From: the human T2T-CHM13v2.0 reference genome, Homo sapiens
Length of the DNA stretch: 64,000 bases
Reading direction: 5' to 3' (one strand)
NCBI RefSeq assembly: GCF_009914755.1
Contig: NC_060929.1
The translations under genes and the position numbers were made by a program. Below the pieces are notes generated by a model. The model was not told where the DNA came from, searched no databases, and was given only the letters and a program-made list of their open reading frames with translations. Positions within the stretch are counted from its first letter, which is position 1, and the number at the start of each line of letters is the position of its first letter. Shown one piece after another: positions 58,940 to 64,000 of this stretch.

Positions 58940-60235
58940 CTTGCAAATGACCACGATGGAATAACAAGGACAGGATTTACTCTCATGCCTAAACAACTAA
59001 AAATATAGATGGAATCTATGAGACAATGATTTTCAAAACATTGGGCATTAAGCATTGAATGGCACTGAGTCTTAAGAGGCAGGAAGCAAATTAGGTAGAC
59101 ACTGACTGCCCCAACTTAGTGGCTTCAAGCCATTTCCAGGTCACAGTTTAGGAAGAGGATACCCAGGTAGACTCCAGCACACTCACTGAGTTGAGGAAAT
59201 GGGGCTGAGATTCTGAGGACCCCAAGACAGGTTGAGTTCACACATCAGAATACTAGATTGCAGAGGTTCACAGAGAGAGCAGAAGAGATTTGCGGGTTCT
59301 CCTCTAGTCTTCAGCGGAGTGGTGATCAGCAGATGTTTTCAAGGAAACTACTTGAGACAGTAAAAAGAACCACCCAAAAGGATTAGAAGAAACAATAGCT
59401 AGAGCTCTCACAAGGATAAGAAGAGTGAGCAACTGCCCCTCAGCCAGACCAGACAGTTTTATAATAGTTGTGCCACTAAATAGATACTCAGAAAGGTCTG
59501 AGTAGTGGGAAATAATCTGCCAAAAGTAAATGCTGCTTTAGTCCTGGCTGACAAGTCTTCAGAGTAAGACCTGAAAATATCCCTTAACAAATAAGTTAAC
59601 TTATTCTAGAACAAAGCTCAGGAAAATTTACAGGAATACAAAAATATTCATTACTTAACAAGGTGAAATTTATAATATCTGTCATATAATTTTAAAAAAC
59701 TGTAAGGTATGCAAAAAAGCAGAAAAATATGACCTATAAAAAGGAAAAACACCATTCAATCAAAACCAACTCAGAACTGACATAGATCTAAGTATTAGGA
59801 GACAGGGACATTACAATTCTTATTTTAAATGTATTCAAGGTATTTTAAAAGATAGGAGAAATATTGACCATGTTGAGGAGAGAAATGGAAAATCTAAAGA
59901 AGACCAAAGTGGAACTTTTAGAAATAAAAACTATGATGGGTTAAAGAAAAATAACCTAAAGGGATTAATTTAGATATTGCCGAAGGAGAGATTAGTAAAC
60001 TTGAAGCTATAGCAATAAAAATTCTTCAAAATTAAAAACATAGAGGGCAAAAAAAGAAATAATGAAACGTCAGATCTGTGAGACAATGTGAAATGGCCTG
60101 ATATATGTATAATTGGAGTTTCTAAAGGAAAGCAGTAACAAAACATTTATTTGAATAAATGATCCCCCAAAATATTCTTAATCTGATGAAAATTATAAGG
60201 CCACAGATTCTAAGAAGTAAATGAACCCCAAACTT
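58940..60235 (+). mobile_element. Old L1M 5' UTR / ORF1 fragment, embedded in L2-like sequence
   Basis: gatggaataacaaggacaggatttactctc...; gagagattagtaaacttgaag...atctgtgagacaat...tatatgtataattggagtttc...aatctgatgaaaa (ORF1-like). Confidence 0.7.
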
Positions 60236-60819
60236 ATACACATGAGTTTCAACTTCTCCATATTTGTAGATGATTTTTCACTAGGGAAGACACATCTGCT
60301 GGATTAACTCCTTTTCTAAATAACCTATTAGACATTGCTACCTGGATTCCAAGTATACACTTTAAAGGCAATATGGCTAGTCATTCACTTACTTGTTTGT
60401 TCAACCAATATGTTACGTGAGAAATAAATGTTTATGTGTGAAGCCACTGAGATAAACAACTTGTTTCTCATAGAATGGGTCTGACATAACTAACCAGCAT
60501 TAGCTCCACATCAAAGTCTCATGGACCGCTCTTGTTTGGGTTGTATGTTCCCTTCTTTCTATTTCCAAATACACAAAACATATGTCTAATATGATACTTA
60601 TGCCAATATATCATTTTTTTTAACTTATTTTTCTAAGAAAATGCATTCTGATTTCCCACTAAGTTACGGGTCTCAAGTATCATGACAGCGTCATGTCTAG
60701 CATGATGCCTCATTCCTAGAAAATGATCAATAAATATGGATACAAGAATGATTTCAGTTATGGGTACTGAAAATACTGAAAACGTGAACCAGACTGGATC
60801 ATATAACTGAAAAGTTCGC

Positions 60820-62340
60820 AGAGGAATGGTTACATACTCGCAGGGCCTTGTGGAAACAGAAAAGGCAGAGTCCCTAGTTCAAAAAGCAGGAAAATGTGTG
60901 CATGTAAAGCTATCAAAAACACCTTTACATTTAAAATATTTTACACTTACGTACATAATGAGGTAATAGTGATTGATAAAAGTATAAATTTACAAATTAC
61001 AAAATTAACAATTTTTAAGTTTCATAATTTTATGTAATACAATAAATAATAATGCCTTTAGTGTATATATTTTTTGAGTATAATATTTTCTTGGCTTGTT
61101 TTTCTGCAAATTCATTTGTTAGGTTATCCACATTTGTATTTTTAGTGGCTTGATTTTCAATTGATATAATTGAAGCTGATGTCAATAGTCCTTGGCAAAT
61201 CAAGATTGCAAATAATTTTTGATAATTGTAATTTAGAGAAAGCTCCAACTGATTCAACTGCTTCTGGAACCGTTAAGAGTGTTTATAGGCTGTGACCTCT
61301 TAGGAAAAAAATTCTGATAAATTATTTTAAAATATAGATTTTGATATATCTAGAGCTGATGATTCTTGAGGAATACTTTTTTTCTAAAAGAATTTAATTC
61401 TTTATACAAATCAATTGCCCATAACTCTGAATTCAACTTCAAGTGTAAATTTATACAATGACATTTTATTTTCTCTTCTGACATTTTCTTAACTTGTAAA
61501 GATTGTTCATGAAACCAAAAGTGATTTTATAATTTGTAAATAATTCAAATGCCTGTTTATGCGTTCTATGGTTGTATCTGCAATTGCAAGTAAACATTAA
61601 TTTTAAAATTATCTTGTTAATAATTGTTTAATCTGAGACTATATGAATATAATGTTATTTACTATCAAATGAGACTCTTTAAATTTAATTTCTATTTATC
61701 TAAGCCTGCGAATATTTTCTTTGCAATGTTGCAGCAGTTTTCAAAACCAGAAATTCCAAACTCTTTGAAGGCTTCTAATAACTTTTTAATATATTTTATT
61801 GCAGTGTCCAAGTTTATTCTTTGAGTTAATTGTAATTTTCTGACAAAATGTATTGCCTGAGTGTCAGCAGTTTTAAATCTCAGTCCCTGGAGTTAACATT
61901 TTTACAGATGCCAGTGGGCTAGGCTAGAGAAAAGGGCAAGCCAGCTTCCACGCACTGCAGGCATGAGGAGTCTGCCTTCTCTTGCTGGACCATTCATACT
62001 GTGGTCTTCGCTGCTATTTCTGCTGATGCTGTTGCAGACAGATTTGTATCCAAGTCCTGGCTGGGATTTCCCCTCAGAGTTTCTTGAGTCTTGGACTGCC
62101 CTAGGCATGTACATGTGTGCTAGGCCAAATCACATGTGTGCTAGATGGTGCTGAGTGTTATCTTCCATGCTCAGGGATATGCTCCATTGCCCCATAGGAC
62201 TTGATTTACAAACACAGTTTCAAAGATAATAATTATGAATTTCAAAATAGCAACAATGGAGTATTAAATCAAGGGTGGGGGGTCCCTTTTGAGAATGAAC
62301 CCCGTGGAACTGCCCAGATTACGTGCCCCTAATGTGGTCA
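60820..62340 (-). mobile_element. Zaphod-like hAT-Tip100 DNA transposon, internally deleted
   Basis: Both ends resemble the element at 55793-56590; contains a transposase remnant. Confidence 0.75.
61080..61300 (-). pseudogene. hAT transposase C-terminal dimerisation domain remnant
   Basis: Across frameshifts reads ...AFSKL../IIKNYL../ICQGLLTSASIISIENQ...VDNLTNEFAEKQAKKI, matching the hATC motif ERSFSKLKxIKNYLRS..QERLxxLxxxSIE...DxxIxxFAxxKARK. Confidence 0.8.
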
Positions 62341-63142
62341 AATCTACTTACAGAGGTTGCTCATGTTCAGGTGCTATTTGATGCAGAAGTTTTATACCAG
62401 GCTGTCATTTATTTTTCTAAATCTAACTTCTTTCATGTATTGGTTCCATCCATTGAATAGCTTCCTGCATGGTTGCAAAAATGGCTGTAGGTCTTCTAGG
62501 TCTCTTGGCCATATATTACACAGTACAGACAAAAGAGTGTCTGTTCCATAATTCCCATTAAGTGTCCTGAGATTCTCACCAGTTACTCATGTTTGAGTTG
62601 CATAATTGTTTACCTAGGGGATAGGCTATATGATTGGCTTAGTCAAGCTTGTATGCTTCACCGGTACAGTTAGTTTTCCTGGCTCCCAACATGGAAACTG
62701 AGGATTACTGGGAAGTAGGACTTGATCCTGTGGGAGAAATCACAAATGTGCACTACAATATATTTCTTGAAATAATGACTGACTGGCTGGAACGCTTCAT
62801 TCTGAGTGAAGGTCTGTAAATATGTCTCTTGTTTCCAAAATCTTAACTGGAATTGTAACTAATATTATATAAACTGCTGTCTAGATAATTACAATATGGC
62901 AATTGTTAAAAAACTTTGTGATGAGAAAAACCTTATTGCCTTCTTAGGGATATTGGAAAATAAGTATTTGGGACTACATGTGCTGTTTTTGTTTTGTTTT
63001 GTTTTTGTTTTCTCTAGCACTGCTAGAGGAATAGATCTCAAAGGTTTGAATGACCAGTACTAATTCTTTTCTCAATATATGTATCTCTAAGGATATACAG
63101 GATTAAATACTGGCTTGATGTAACATGAGATTACATAATTTA

Positions 63143-63500
<358 letters not shown>

Positions 63501-64000
63501 TTATATATTTATCTAGAACACATACATTGAATAGTAAAACCAGGTATTGAATGAAGAAAAATTTATTTATTTGATTATTAAATAATGTGACATATAATTT
63601 AATTCATTCCCAAGGCATTTTTTTTTTTTTTTTTTACCATGAAAGCCACTAAAGTTTACCTTTGTGGGTTAAGTTATTCCTATAAAACAAAGATTAAGGA
63701 AGGTAAAATTTCACCCTTTCAATTTATTCTTGGTTTGTGTATTCAATTAACAAGACAGTAAATTACTACTGTTTGAGTCTGGCAACTAGCCATTAATTTT
63801 AATTGAAATGGTATTTTGCAAAATAAGCATGTAATTACACAAGGAGTGATGTTGATGTGATAAGAGAAGTAAGCTATAAAGAATGGTCATTATATATTTT
63901 AACATGCTAAAAGTTTTTCAAGTTAGCAGTTGGTAAAATTGCTAAGAATGTTATACCAAGTTCATCTGTTTCTTGGACAAATTTGAAGAATGTAAGTGCA

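Overview
Primate (human-like) AT-rich genomic DNA that looks intronic or intergenic. No protein-coding gene is supported: the long ORFs map to MaLR internal sequence, L1 ORF2, Alus, LTR12 or microsatellites. Much of the window is transposon-derived: 13 Alus (most with readable target-site duplications, TSDs), L1/L2/MIR fragments, MaLR LTRs (THE1, MST, MLT1), a near full-length minus-strand LTR12 (ERV9) solo LTR with CCAAT repeats, and DNA transposon fossils (Charlie1, MER2, MER81, MER115, Zaphod with a hAT transposase remnant). Family and subfamily calls come from remembered consensus sequences, not a RepeatMasker run, and boundaries of old elements are approximate. I found no convincing new biological system. 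The best unexplained signals are a 38-bp segment duplicated 2.3 kb apart, with one copy flanked by a 13-bp duplication (likely a templated repair insertion), several hairpin/template-switch scars, a 22-bp-stem hairpin in unique DNA, and a few isolated exon-like segments, some lying downstream of the LTR12 promoter.
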